Assembly: GCA_002269645.1 (NCBI GenBank)
Contig: NIVC01000593.1
Coordinates: 243,454 to 307,453 of the forward strand
Origin: Macrostomum lignano
Taxonomy: Eukaryota
Reading direction: 5' to 3'
DNA length: 64,000 nt
The notes beneath the pieces were generated by a model that was not told the origin of the DNA, searched no databases, and worked only from the letters and a program-made list of their open reading frames with translations. Positions 35,340 through 46,900 of this stretch are shown in pieces. The position numbers were made by a program, and so were the translations under genes. The number at the start of each line of letters is the position of its first letter. Within the stretch, counting starts at the first letter, position 1.

Positions 35340-36551
35340 CGCGACCGCGAAAAACCGAACTGTTTTTTGAAAGTCTGCCAACAAACTTTATCACAATAGA
35401 AAATAAAAGTCTACCAAATTTTTAATTTTTATTTTGTTGATGATGTAATGTTTAGTAAAACTAATGAGAAGAGCCGGTGGAATTCAATGACTTATTTACT
35501 TTGAATTACGGCTTATTTTGTTTTAATGCTCATGATAAAAGAATAAAATACACCGTAAAATTCTTGTCCTGTATAGTAGTTATGTAGATTACGTAATTTA
35601 CTCAATATAGTAGCTCTTAGGAAATAGTAAATCGCAATCGCGTTATTAGTTATTAAGATCAATTTTAAATTGCAGCAATAGGCATATGTAGCTACTCTAC
35701 GTTAAAACTACATAAAGACGTATTGTAGTTTTATATATAGAATGTACAACCCCACACACTTGTACATACAAATACCTCACAAGGACCACTAGGAACACTT
35801 CGTTAGGAACACCTTCTAGTCTAGTAGTCCTTTATACCTCATTTTTAGTATATACAATTTTAAGTACATTAGAATTGTTTATGTGACACAGAGTAACTTA
35901 CCATATTAACTACATTTGGAATTCGTCTCATGAGTTTTCTGAAAGAATCTTCTTTTAGGGTTTAGTTACTACTTCAATATTTATACTTTCTCGTTTCATG
36001 CATTTTTGTAAACATATCATCCAGTACAATAGCTACTCAGATTTTCCATTTAGTGTCGTATTTACGTTAATAAACAGAGCTAAGTCTGGCTTCGTAACTA
36101 ATATGTACATCTACAATTGACGAATTTTAGTATATTACAAGCTCGTGCGAATTAATTCTTCAGTATTTTATAGTCGTCCTTTCATCCAATTGTTTGACGA
36201 AGTAAAATCAAAAAGAAATTTGTAATGAAATACACGTACTGTATGAACTGAATGAACATCAGCATATGCTGTATTTCTATTGGATAGTTGCGAAACTAAA
36301 CGCAAAGTCATCCGGCAGTCCCGTAGCCAATCGAGCACATCTATATGTTTGTTCAGCTAATGCTATGTATTTGAATCTCCCTCGTTAAGACGTAGACTGA
36401 GAAATTTTTCAAGTCTTGAAAGAGAGTCTTTCCTATCGTAAGCCTGGTCGATTTTGTGAGGCCTAGCAATCGATAGAAATCTGAGAACTGAACTGTTTCT
36501 TTAGCTTCTAAAGTGACTGAATGCTGAAAGTATATAGCTGGAACCCTTGAT

Positions 36552-39500
36552 ATGTCACGTGACCTACAACTGCCCCACCCGTCGTCGTGGCCATTTGGCT
36601 CGAGTGGCATCTTATCGATTTGCTTAATGGTGCAGCTTTTGATGACAAGCTGCAGTCTGGGTGAGGCAAACGTTTCCATTCGGCTGCCGAATTTTGTCAA
36701 CAACTTCAGTGAGTTTTGAACACCGTATAACAAAATAATTTATACGTAGATGCGTGTGCGTTAATCTAAAGAGTTTCACTGGACATCAATGCATGTAGAA
36801 ACTTCGCAATCAATTCATTTTCCCCGATGCAATTTAGCCTTTCAATGCACTGCATCGATCAACATGTCGATAGGTTGTTTGTCCTAGGAATCCCATACTT
36901 CCACTTATTACTGGGTCATTAGCTAGGGCGACCCTGTTTGACCTTTCGGGCTATTATGTTGTCCTCCGCCTTTTTTCCTCCGCTGAGCTCACATCATTCT
37001 CAATAAGCTAAGCCCTTAATCCTAGGCCAAGTTGATCGGTATAGTTGCTTCTTAGTACTGTAAGTTCCTTGTTTAGACACTTCTTTCTCGTCTTCATCAT
37101 CAATGTTTATGGTCTCGGAGACAATGTAGCCACATGCGCGTATCAACTCAGTCCTGTTTTCTAGATTCTTTTTAACTGCTCTTCTGAAAAAGGCAATTTC
37201 TAATTGGATTCACTTAATTTTTGCAGGACCTAAACAAGGCACCACCTGGACCACGGGCAACAATATTAAGATGTTTCGCAGCCTAGCCAAAGCCAGATCA
37301 TTCGCCCTGATATTCAGCATCAGATTGCTGCTCCCGAATCACGATCAGACGGTCTCCTTGGCGACTGTTTCTAGTTGCTCAGGGCTCAAGTAAGACATTT
37401 ATGTTACTACAGACAGCTGTGATTCCCTATAAATCAAAAGCAACAACCTCACTGCTCGCAACAATACCTTCCACTAATTATTGTTTTGTTTCTGTGCCAG
37501 AGCAGAGGGTCAATTGATGTCACCTTGATTTGGCATGGAGTTTCCGGAGTAAGCATGTAGCTTGGGAGTTTAGTGCGGAACTAACACCCATGCGGACCAT
37601 GCAATCCATCAATATAAAGTACAACATGCTTGCATAACAAAATAGCTTTTTTCTTCGATAGTTCTGAAAAGGTAGCGGGATGTAAAGAATTTACCATAAT
37701 AGGCGAATATTGTGCGACTATGCCACAGAGGGCGCTGGATTCGAGAGTATTCACAAGTGTCTGATAACTTGACGCGAGCGTCTAAGCGCGGCGCATTTGA
37801 AGGCTGCGTACGGCTGTGCAGTCCAAGGACTGGGGGGTCGCCACACACAGCCTCAATTACCCCAGCTAATGCTGGCACCTATTTTACAGCTGGGTGAACG
37901 GAAAGCATTGCAGAGTTAAGCGTTATTGCTCAAGGACACAAATTGTTCCGAGTGGGTCGAGAATCGAACCCCTGACCTTCTATTCGTAAGTTCGACGCTC
38001 TAACCACTAGGCTACAACCCTTGAACTGTATCTGAATAAAACCAAATAGCGCCAACCTCCACCAAAGGCTGTTGCAACTCCGAATCTCAACGAAGGAACT
38101 GCAGCTGCAGTACATTGCGAAACGCTCAGTCAAGACACTGTACACAGAGACAATTTCTTGGAACTCTACTCGCGGGTTCTGGCATCGACTAGGGTTCGAA
38201 TTCTCTAAACGCCGACTACGAATAGCTGTTGACTGTCGGATAATTGTTGATCGGCAGCTTCAACAGCCTCTGCGATGGGATCTGTTCAGGTCTAGGTGGG
38301 GTCGTCGGCGAAAGAGACGTTGGAGACACCAGCGACAACATTGTGGGTGGATCGCATCGAATGAGCAGCTTAAGGAGGATCGATCTCAGGTTTGTTAATT
38401 TCAAGAGTCAGGCTGCGGATGTCATGGCGTCTTATTTTCTAGCTGTGCTGCTGATATCAAGGTGTATTAAGCTGCGTCTTAAGCCGCTAAGGGTCAAGCT
38501 AAATCATTGCTACCAAAAGAGTTTTCACCCGCTCTCGTATTCGAAATTCCTCAGATTGAGCTTCAGAAAGCCGAGCTTGTTATCGGAGCGAATGGGCTTA
38601 TTAAGCAATGTACCAACTTACAATCCAGTGAGACTTTTTTTAAGCGCGTCTTTCTTGGTTTAACTTATTTCGTTGATTAAATAATACCCTTTGAATAACA
38701 GGAAACAATTCTTACGACTCGAACTCCGTTTTGATTGGAACCATTCAGCGACTTCAATTAGAGATGAAGAGTGCTCTACAAAGAGTAAGTGCTCAGCCAT
38801 GTAGAATAAAAATTAATGAAATACTTGACGTAATTCATCACAATTAGCTCAAATATATTATTTAATGTAATCGTTTTCCAGTTGGCATCTGTCGAGAAGC
38901 GGCTGAAGCAGCTTTTCAAAAGTGTCTCATGGTCTCAGCATTGCACGTACAACGGTAGCCGATTCGATGACGGTCAGACGTGGGACTCTATCGGTTGCCG
39001 GCAGTGCCGTTGCTCGGTAAATAATCAGCTCTCGGATGTAGTAGGACACTTTACAGTTAATGCATCGTTAACATTTGGTCCATTGAATGTCCTCGCTGAA
39101 AAACTGAAACACCAACACCACAACTTCATCGTCCTGAAAAGTATCAAGAGATAAAGGGAAGAGTAGAGCAGATTAAAGTGTCGGAGTCTGGCGCCAAAGT
39201 ACCCCGGTTCGATTTTGGAGGTCGTGCTCCAAAATTGGCCTGAGAGCTCTGCGATTCGATGAGTGCCAAACCCCATGGCACAGAAATTGTACATACCTGA
39301 CTATGAGAAAAGCAGGGCCGCTGTACATCCAGTCCAAGTGTGTGCCTACTTACGTATTCATGTGGATGCAGCGGAGTTCCGAGTCAGCGGAACGGGCCTG
39401 ACTGCTTACTTCCTCGTTGGCAGCGGTTGACTGTCGCTTTGATTTGCGGCATTAGTTCCCTGCAATTTAAAGATAAAGCTGGTGGTTGATATTTGACGTG

Positions 39501-40366
39501 CATTGCATTAACTCAGTAGAGATAAAATAATTCCTTAAGCTAACTCCATTGCACTTCCAAACGCCACCAGAGAGGTCGCATGGCATGCGGTCCAACGATC
39601 TGTCCGACGCTCAACTGTTCAAATCCGGCACTGCCAACGGGTTCTTGCTGTCCGATCTGCCTCAGACCGTGTCAACTTCCCGGCAGTGTCAAAATGCTGG
39701 ACCACGGTCAGAACTTTACCAGTTTGGCTGAACTTGGGCCCGATGGTCGGCGGCAGTGCGTGGTCTGTCAGTGTCAGGTAAGCTGACATTTGTCTGGAAT
39801 CTTTGTCAATTAGTCAGTTTGTTAGGAAAGAAATGGACAAGGTGTGCCTACCTTTCCTAGGGTCGATGATTTGGATTCGACCCCAAGTCAAATAAGCAGG
39901 ACGGTATGGGTACTCCATAAAGTATCACTTATTATTTAAAAGTGAGTCGGGATTTTTAGCACTAAATTAGGAAATAGAGCTCAAAGTTCGATGTACTTCG
40001 ATAAGTTCACGTTTCAATTTTTTCAATTTTTCGTTAGGACGGTGCATTGCTGTGCCACGAGCCGGTCGATCACTGGCGGCTCTGTCCATCACTGAGCAGT
40101 TGCCCGCCAGCCAGACGAAAAGCAAGCAGCTCAGATTGCTGCCCCTACTGCGAAGGTAAGATTTGTACTTTCTTTACAATTTGCACTTTATTCGGAATAA
40201 AGCCAAAAGGCCGACAAACTCACTTGCTCTATTGGCAGGCCGGAACCACTGCGCTCCTGGTCATGGCTGCTCGTTGAACGCGGACTGCGTCAACTTGCAT
40301 AACCGACGGCAGTGCGTTTGTCGTCCTGGTTACCGTGGAAACGGGATTAATTGCGTGCCGCTGTGA
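36552..40366 (+). CDS. NELL: NELL-like secreted protein: signal peptide, LamG/TSPN, coiled coil, 2 vWC, 1 EGF (about 500 aa)
   Basis: Phase-consistent exons: 36552-36708 (signal ILSICLMVQLLMTSCSLG), 36772-36873 (less certain), 37227-37389, 38050-38389 (FWHRLGFEF..LRIAVDC), 38555-38627 (ELVIGANGLIKQC), 38702-38784, 38882-39016 (LASVEKRLKQL; CTYNG..W..GCRQCRC), 39571-39777, 40038-40155, 40239-40366 (EGF, TGA). AATAAA at 40467. Domain order matches the N-terminal half of NELL1/2. Confidence 0.78.
37790..38020 (-). mobile_element. tRNA-derived SINE family A with CORE-like central domain
   Basis: Minus strand: A box TAGCCTAGTGG, B box GGTTCGATTC, then TGTGTCCTTGAGCAATAACGCTTAACTCTG...CACCCAGCTGTAAAATAGG. 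Second copy at 61300-61448. Confidence 0.75.
39156..39370 (+). mobile_element. tRNA-derived SINE family B, diverged copy
   Basis: B box GGTTCGATT near 39206; body CCCCATGGCACAGAAATTGTACATACCTGAC shared with the 9215 and 1640 copies. Confidence 0.55.
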
Positions 40367-40780
40367 AATTACATTAGAGTAACCTTTGGTAACATTTTAT
40401 CTTAATAGTTAGTTTATCCCAACCCGAGAAAGTCATGTGGCCGGAGCTATACGAGCTAGTATGAGTAATAAACCGTAGAATATCTTCTACTCCCACTGTG
40501 CACATACTGAAATAAGTTTCTTTCACCAAATAAAAGTATTTAGCTGCGCACACGTGTTCTCAGCACAGGTTGACTGCCCTTTTTAATGAAAAATTAAGCA
40601 AGAGACAGCAGCTTGACAAAGCTTTTTAGTCAAAGTGATGCAACTTGTATCACAAATTCGAATCCTTGTTTATTTAACTGCTTCTTCCTTTAAAAAAAAC
40701 ATCTTTTTCAGTAAATGTTAGCTCATTGCTACGTTTTCAACCGATTGCTCCTAGCCGTGCATCCTAAAACTGGCGATTCT

Positions 40781-41506
40781 TCAGTCGAACGGCGACACGC
40801 ACTCGCTGATGGCGCCGTCCATGCTGGGCCAACTGCGGTCCCCGTCAATGAGAGCTGGGTACGGGTTTCCAGCAACGGTGACGCACTCTGTGCCACCGCT
40901 ATTGTTCGGCTCTCCAGGCGACCAGAATTCAGCGATGCTGGCATTGCAGCCGATCCACATCCATCCAGCGCTTGGATCCGAGGTGCCAGACAGCCGAAGT
41001 CCGCCAAGAAACACTTTGTCCAACTTCCGAGAGGCAAAGACTCCCTTGAGGTGAGCCATCTCCGTCTCATTGGTCACGTCGGCCATGATGACGAGGCCAG
41101 ACTCCGAGTCCATCGCATTCCTGAACGCGTCCCAGTCGGTGGACTTGTTGTGGAACTTGTACTTGGTGCCGCACAGGTCGTCGGCGTAGCCAGCAGGGCA
41201 CAGGGCTCCGGGCGGCAGACCCGGTTGCTGCTTCACGAACACCTTTGTTGTACGACTGCAGCTGCAGTCTCTCACGTTCTTGCTGCACCTGTCGAACATG
41301 AACAGCTGGCACGGCCCCGCAGACTTGGAAAACGCCTGACAGCGGGTTCTGTCATCGCAGAGGATGGCGCAGTCTAAGTCGGACCTGGCCTCGTTGTGAG
41401 TCTCGATGAACTCACTTTTCATGCACTGCAGCCCGTTGATTATCGCGTATTCGAAGGCAGCCGCGGTGACTGCGAAAGAAATGATGATGCCCAGACTAGC
41501 AAGCAT
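40781..41506 (-). CDS. Secreted PAN/apple-like + C-type lectin domain protein 1 (241 aa, intronless)
   Basis: ATG start, hydrophobic signal peptide, DCAILC...CQAFS...CQLF (PAN-like), VFLGG, WMW, WSPGEPNN...ECV (CTLD). Paralog of 44276-45022. Confidence 0.85.
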   Translation of the reverse strand: MLASLGIIISFAVTAAAFEYAIINGLQCMKSEFIETHNEARSDLDCAILCDDRTRCQAFSKSAGPCQLFMFDRCSKNVRDCSCSRTTKVFVKQQPGLPPGALCPAGYADDLCGTKYKFHNKSTDWDAFRNAMDSESGLVIMADVTNETEMAHLKGVFASRKLDKVFLGGLRLSGTSDPSAGWMWIGCNASIAEFWSPGEPNNSGGTECVTVAGNPYPALIDGDRSWPSMDGAISECVSPFD

Positions 41507-41964
41507 TGTGTCTCTGGCTTTGGTGGCTACTCTGTGCTGTTGGTTGAAGACATTTTGTCTGGTTTTAGCTTGGTTTTATAGCCTGACATCAACACTGAGT
41601 AATCGATTCGGGAATATGGTAGAGTGAGTTGTCTGAAAGTGATGCTACCAGCCAATGTCATCCCGATTGGTTAGCGATCCCTCGCTCCCTCCAATTTTAT
41701 TTTCCCTTCGCTAATTTCTGTTTAACACCAGTCTTCACATTTTTGTCTCCCATGGTTCTATGCATGTTTTCTTTCCTGCATGTCTGTCTGTCCTCCCTGT
41801 CAATTTTTTCATTTTGTAGCAGACCTGCATTGGCCAACCACAAACTTACGTTCAAATTTGCTGGCTTCAACTGGCTGTTCTTTAGTGGAATCCGAATTTT
41901 CACTTGTTGTCTCTGTCATTTGAAAGTGAAACAGCAATTTTAATAGCAATAAAGGGGTATAGCA

Positions 41965-42500
41965 GTACAACAACAACAACAACAAAGTACTTCACCCGCC
42001 AGCCATAGCAGTAGCCAGAAAGGGGGGAGAAGTCAGAGAGCGCGTCTCTGGGCCATAGCCCTCAGAAAGTCACACCCTCAGCTTGGTCCGGGGCGCCAAC
42101 ATCGGTCAAAAGCCTGTCAGGATATCTCGCCGTTCGCCCTTGGCCTCACCTGCGCGGTCCCTGCAGCTTCAGCAGCAGCACCTCGTACAGCGGCTCAGGG
42201 CAGCGAGCCTCCGACCGGATGACGTGGCCAGCCAGTCGAAGTCGCCGCCCGAGCAGCAGGTCAGAAGGCCGCGTCAGGCGTGCCCTCGTGTAGAGCGCGG
42301 CGTTGGTCTCGCTGTCTGGACCGCTGCGCACTCCGAACGCCGCACGCAGCATGGCCGCATGCGCAACGTCCAGCTGCCTCTCTAAAGCGTCTGTCAGGGT
42401 CCAGGTCTCGGCGTTGTACAACAAGACAGTCTCAACGACTGCCTGAAACAGCCGAGCCTTGAACCGCGAGGCAAGCAGTACAAGGATACGCTCTATCATA
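41965..42500 (-). mobile_element. 5'-truncated RTE-clade non-LTR retrotransposon (3' end)
   Basis: KARLFQAVVETVLLYNAETWTLT...RRLRLAGHVIR is the typical RTE C-terminal signature; short (TTG)n tail at about 41968-41985. Confidence 0.8.
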
Positions 42501-44275
42501 GACATTGAGCTCATTTTTTGCTGTTAAGCTACACTACACAGTGGTCGGTCGACACCAGACAGCCCTGTCAAATGACAATATCTGAACATGACTTTATAAA
42601 GCAAGCGCATGTGCAAACTGCAACGGCACAAGGCTATTATATCCTGCTTTGAGAGCAGTTGAACGAATTTACGCACCATAGACTGAGTCAAATTTCGCTG
42701 AAGTAAAAAAAATTTTACGCCTTTCCGTTGACGAGAAAGGTAAGCGGCGGACATTAGCGGACATTAGCAAAAATTAGCCGTCATTGGCTGGAGGTTAGTG
42801 CGATGTTATTTCTACTAAAGACAGCAGCTCGATTAAAATATTTTATGTATCGTTCAAACGGAAAATCGACATGTTACCTAAGTTTTCGAAGGTAAAAGAA
42901 GTCCTGTCAGGTGATGGTGCATGTGATATCATATTTTTGTTCTTCGGTTAAATTAGCTGTTTGATCAACTAATGAATGATTTTTAAAAGATCAAATTAGT
43001 CTAATAACTATGCTCTCAGTCAGCGCCATTCTTGTGTTTAGGCAGTTTGAAACTCACAGTCTTAGACTTGCTACGGCAAACTCAGCCTATACCAGTCAGA
43101 ACTAAAATCATTCACAGACTACAAACCCAAGGTATGGCTCGTAGCTTTTAACCGAAGTCAACTTTCAAACTGGCCGAATCCACTGCCACTTTCGAGAGAG
43201 GTGAAATGTGTCTAATTGTCTAATTAAATGTGCGCACCGCTTTATTAGTGCAACGGAACCGTCGCTTTCATAATCGGGCTTTCGTAAGAAGAAGAACCGA
43301 ACTACAAGGTTGCGTAAAAGATGTCTCTTCAGCTTGTCAGTCATTACACGCGTCGAGGATGGTAGACATAGACACCATATATGAAACGGAACGCTTGTAA
43401 TTACGGACTTGTCACTATTACTCACTTGTAGCTTTTAGGTACTTGTAGCTTTGGCAATTTTATGAAACGAAAGTAACTTGTGACAAGCACAAGCACTTGT
43501 AGCCACTACAAGTCGTATATAAAACACCCCCTGCATGGTGATGCGTTTTTCAGGCTCAGGAATGCACTGGCAATACCGCAGCCTCCATTTGTCTTGAAAG
43601 GTCGCGCTTTTTTTGGATAGCCAGACTGACAACAGTTGAGTGTGGCTATAGCGCAAATAATGGAATGCCATTAAACATCGTGTTTACCCTTTTTTAGCTG
43701 TTGTTTGCTGGCCGGATTGCTTGAACTAGGGGGAGGGAGTCAGGGCTGTTGTATATTTGATCTCATTTTCAACACTGAAAGGGTATACTTTTTTGCTCCC
43801 ATCAATTTGTGTTGGATGCTAGTGCTCGTAGCTAAATTCTGAATTTTTGTGCCCGTTGGCTACCATTACCGAGTGTCCGATGGCGCCAGCTACATTTCTT
43901 GTCGCAATCTACTGCTTTTGGCCAAAACGGTCTGTTCTGAGGATGCATCGGCTAAAACTTATCAAACTGACAGCGTCCTAAAATGATTGACAGCTCAATG
44001 AAGCTCAAGGTCAAGTTCCAAAACCAACAATTTATATTGATTTCAAAGGGATTCAACTAAAAGAATAGGTAAAAGACCGAATAGCAAATTATCGATGCAA
44101 CAATTTTAAGCGAACCTTCGTCCATGTCGCTGTATTTCTCTTTGTTCGACCTTTGTCTTTGATTAAAAAAACTTGAATATTGATACAGTTCCAGTGACTA
44201 ATGGCAGGCACCTTCAATCGAAGTTTGACACAAATAATCATTAAAGTTATGATAATAATCATTAACCCGTGCCAA

Positions 44276-45022
44276 TCAGTCAAACGGAGAGCTGCACTGG
44301 CCCAGACTGCCAGACATTGTGAAATCGTAGAAATCCCCGTCTATCATCTTCGAGTACAAGCTGCCAACTACAGTAACGCACTCTGTCCCGCCATTCGGTT
44401 CGCCAGAGCTCCACAAGTCGCCTTGGAAAATTCCATGACAGCCGGTCCAGAACCAGCCTTCCAATGCGAGCGAGCTGCAGTTAGCTCGGCGACCGCCCAG
44501 AAATAGCTTCTGCATTAGCGAACTATTCGCATTAACTATGCTCTTCAGATGGGCGAGCTCGATTGCGTCGCCCGCCTCGGCCATGACAGTCAGTCCCGGC
44601 TCGGCGTTGATTGCAATTCTGCTCTCATTCCAATCCTTCATTCCATCGTAATACTTGTACTTTGTGCCGCAGTAGTCGTTAGAGTAGCCAGCCGGACACA
44701 GAGCTCCGGGCGGCAGTCCCGGCTGTTGCTTGACGTACACTCGGCCTGTCCGACTGCAGGTGCAGTTTCGCACGTATTTGCTGCACTGGTTGAACACGAA
44801 CAGCTGGCACGGACCGTCGGCCATGGAGAACGCTTGACAAAGCGGATTAACACTGCAGGCCGAGGCGCACTGCAGCCCAGTCCAGGCAAAGCTGCGAGTC
44901 TGTACAAAGGCGCTCTGGACGCACAGGTAGCCGTTGATTCCAGCGTACTGGTTGGTAGCAGCGGTGCAGACAAAAACGACTGCTGCTGCCACCGTGCAGA
45001 TGCAGCTATAGCAGAATGGCAT
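44276..45022 (-). CDS. Secreted PAN/apple-like + C-type lectin domain protein 2 (248 aa, intronless)
   Basis: ATG, signal peptide, QCASACSVNPLCQAFS...CQLF, shared linker VKQQPGLPPGALCPAGY, LFLGG, WFW, WSSGEPN..ECV. Confidence 0.85.
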   Translation of the reverse strand: MPFCYSCICTVAAAVVFVCTAATNQYAGINGYLCVQSAFVQTRSFAWTGLQCASACSVNPLCQAFSMADGPCQLFVFNQCSKYVRNCTCSRTGRVYVKQQPGLPPGALCPAGYSNDYCGTKYKYYDGMKDWNESRIAINAEPGLTVMAEAGDAIELAHLKSIVNANSSLMQKLFLGGRRANCSSLALEGWFWTGCHGIFQGDLWSSGEPNGGTECVTVVGSLYSKMIDGDFYDFTMSGSLGQCSSPFD

Positions 45023-45683
45023 GGCTGAATTTATTCCCGCAGCTCACGATCAGCTTAATTGTTTGTTGACGATTTGTGGCCGATGCTGTCTTTTATAGAT
45101 TGGGGCTGATTGCATTCAGATGCGCAAGGGCTCTTAATTACATTAATTTGGTAAAAAAACACAAAACTCCAATGTTGACCTCGCCACTGCAACCTACTCA
45201 GTGCCCCGGTGTCGTTTCCTCTCGGACGATATAAGTATCCCTGATGACAACACACGCAATACCACCGCTCTTAACATTGCATTGTTCTTGCTTCGCATTG
45301 GAGCACTTTGCGCAGCCACTCCGTAATGCTGTTTTTACTCAAAGCAAACCGTTGCTAAGGTCTTCCTATTGAGAGGTCTTCCTATAATTAGGATTATATT
45401 TGATGATTATCCGCACAAATGTATTCTATTATTGTGAATTTCTATAATTGACTCTAAGACTTCAGTATCTGAAGCAAAATCAGCCGCTAAATTTCAAAAT
45501 AAACAAGCTGCAAACAGTTTGCAAAAGTTCATAATGAGTAATATGTAATAAGTAGGATGATATTATATCTGTTTTAGCTCATAATGCTTGTTTTCGTGGC
45601 TTTTGTCTTGGCTAATTGGCTTGGCTTTGAAACGAAGACGCAACCACGCTAACTTGGCGGTTTGGGTTTACGTGCACAAAATG

Positions 45684-46900
45684 TGTAGTGAGTCACTATT
45701 TAGTTAGGCGCCGTACTAGTCAGCTGGTTCCCTCGCCCTCGCCCCAGGCTTCTGTCTGCCGCTGGGCAGTTGCCTGTCCCTTCCCGCCTGTCCTCTGGCC
45801 TGTCCATTGCCCGTTTGCCTGTCTGTCTGTTTGTCCTCGTTTGCCCCCTTTTGTCTTGTGCTCCCGTTTTGCAGTGCCCAGACAGCTTGGTCTGGCCTGC
45901 CTCTGTTTCGTTCTCTGTTTGGCATCTCCAAATTTGGAGTGCTGTCCTGTTTTCCGGTTCCAAGGTCACGAGTGCTTTCACTTGTGGGCCTTTTCCCCCC
46001 TTGTCATGTGAGCCAGTCACATGACAGGGCCTTCTTCCTTCTTTAGTCCAAAGTGCAATGATTTCATCATTGTACGCTGGGCTCGCGTTTATGGGGAGAT
46101 CACGTGCGCCCGGACCCCTGCCTCCTTTGAGGCAGAACCCGCTCGCTTGTTGCTAAAATTAGCATCAGAGTCAGAGGTGACTCTCAGCGGGGGTCTTTCC
46201 TAAAGTGGTGCAATCGATTCTCCCTATAAATGCAGCCCCTCTCATCGTTCCTCAGCCCTTCCTCCGAGATTCTCTCAGTTCAAGTCTCTAAGTTTGTGTG
46301 CCAAGTTTGAGCCTAAGTTTGACTCTCCAGACTCCCGACTTTGCGTGTGCCTGCTTCAAATTGTTCCTGCTATCTATTAGTAGCAGGGCAGCTTAGATCG
46401 CCCGAAGCTAGCACCATCGCTCTAACCCCGCACTTGCCCGGCAGGGACTGCTGACTGCGGATGCTTCTACTCGAAGACTGCTAAATCTGCACGAAGTGCT
46501 TGACTTTCTCTCTCGTCTTAGTTATCGCACCTCACCGAAGGCTGCGACTCTGCGAAGCTGATGGCAGCACTACCTACGCTACGAGAACTAGTTTCTAAGA
46601 AACCGCCAGCTAGAGGTCACCGCCCAGCGCTAGGAGACCTACCATGCCATCTCTAGTCGACATCGAAGAAGCCTGTACTTCATTGGTGGCAGCGATTCTA
46701 TTGAAGACTTCTAGACAACCACAGGCAAGACACCTATACTTCAAATATTTATAGGTATCTCTTTTGTGCTTGACGGCCAATCTCAGAAATATTAGTAGGA
46801 GGGTCCGCAGATCGTACATACCAGGTGCATGTGCGTGCTCAGGGTCAGTGAAAAGCAATGTCACAGCTCGCTTTGCGACAATGACGAACTGAAAAAATAT
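45684..46900 (+). mobile_element. Possible solo-LTR-like or unclassified repeat
   Basis: Starts TGTAGT with an abrupt switch to GC/pyrimidine-rich sequence; perfect 10-bp inverted repeat at 46002-46026; TATAAA near 46225. No convincing right end or TSD. Confidence 0.25.

Noticed and set aside
36353-36733. 126-aa minus-strand ORF
   Set aside because: Antisense to the NELL-like signal-peptide exon, which has splice support.
37455-37760. Signal-peptide-like and KEFTII-like frames in the NELL-like intron
   Set aside because: No in-frame ATG or compatible phases; the flanking exons (37227-37389, 38050-38389) already join in phase.
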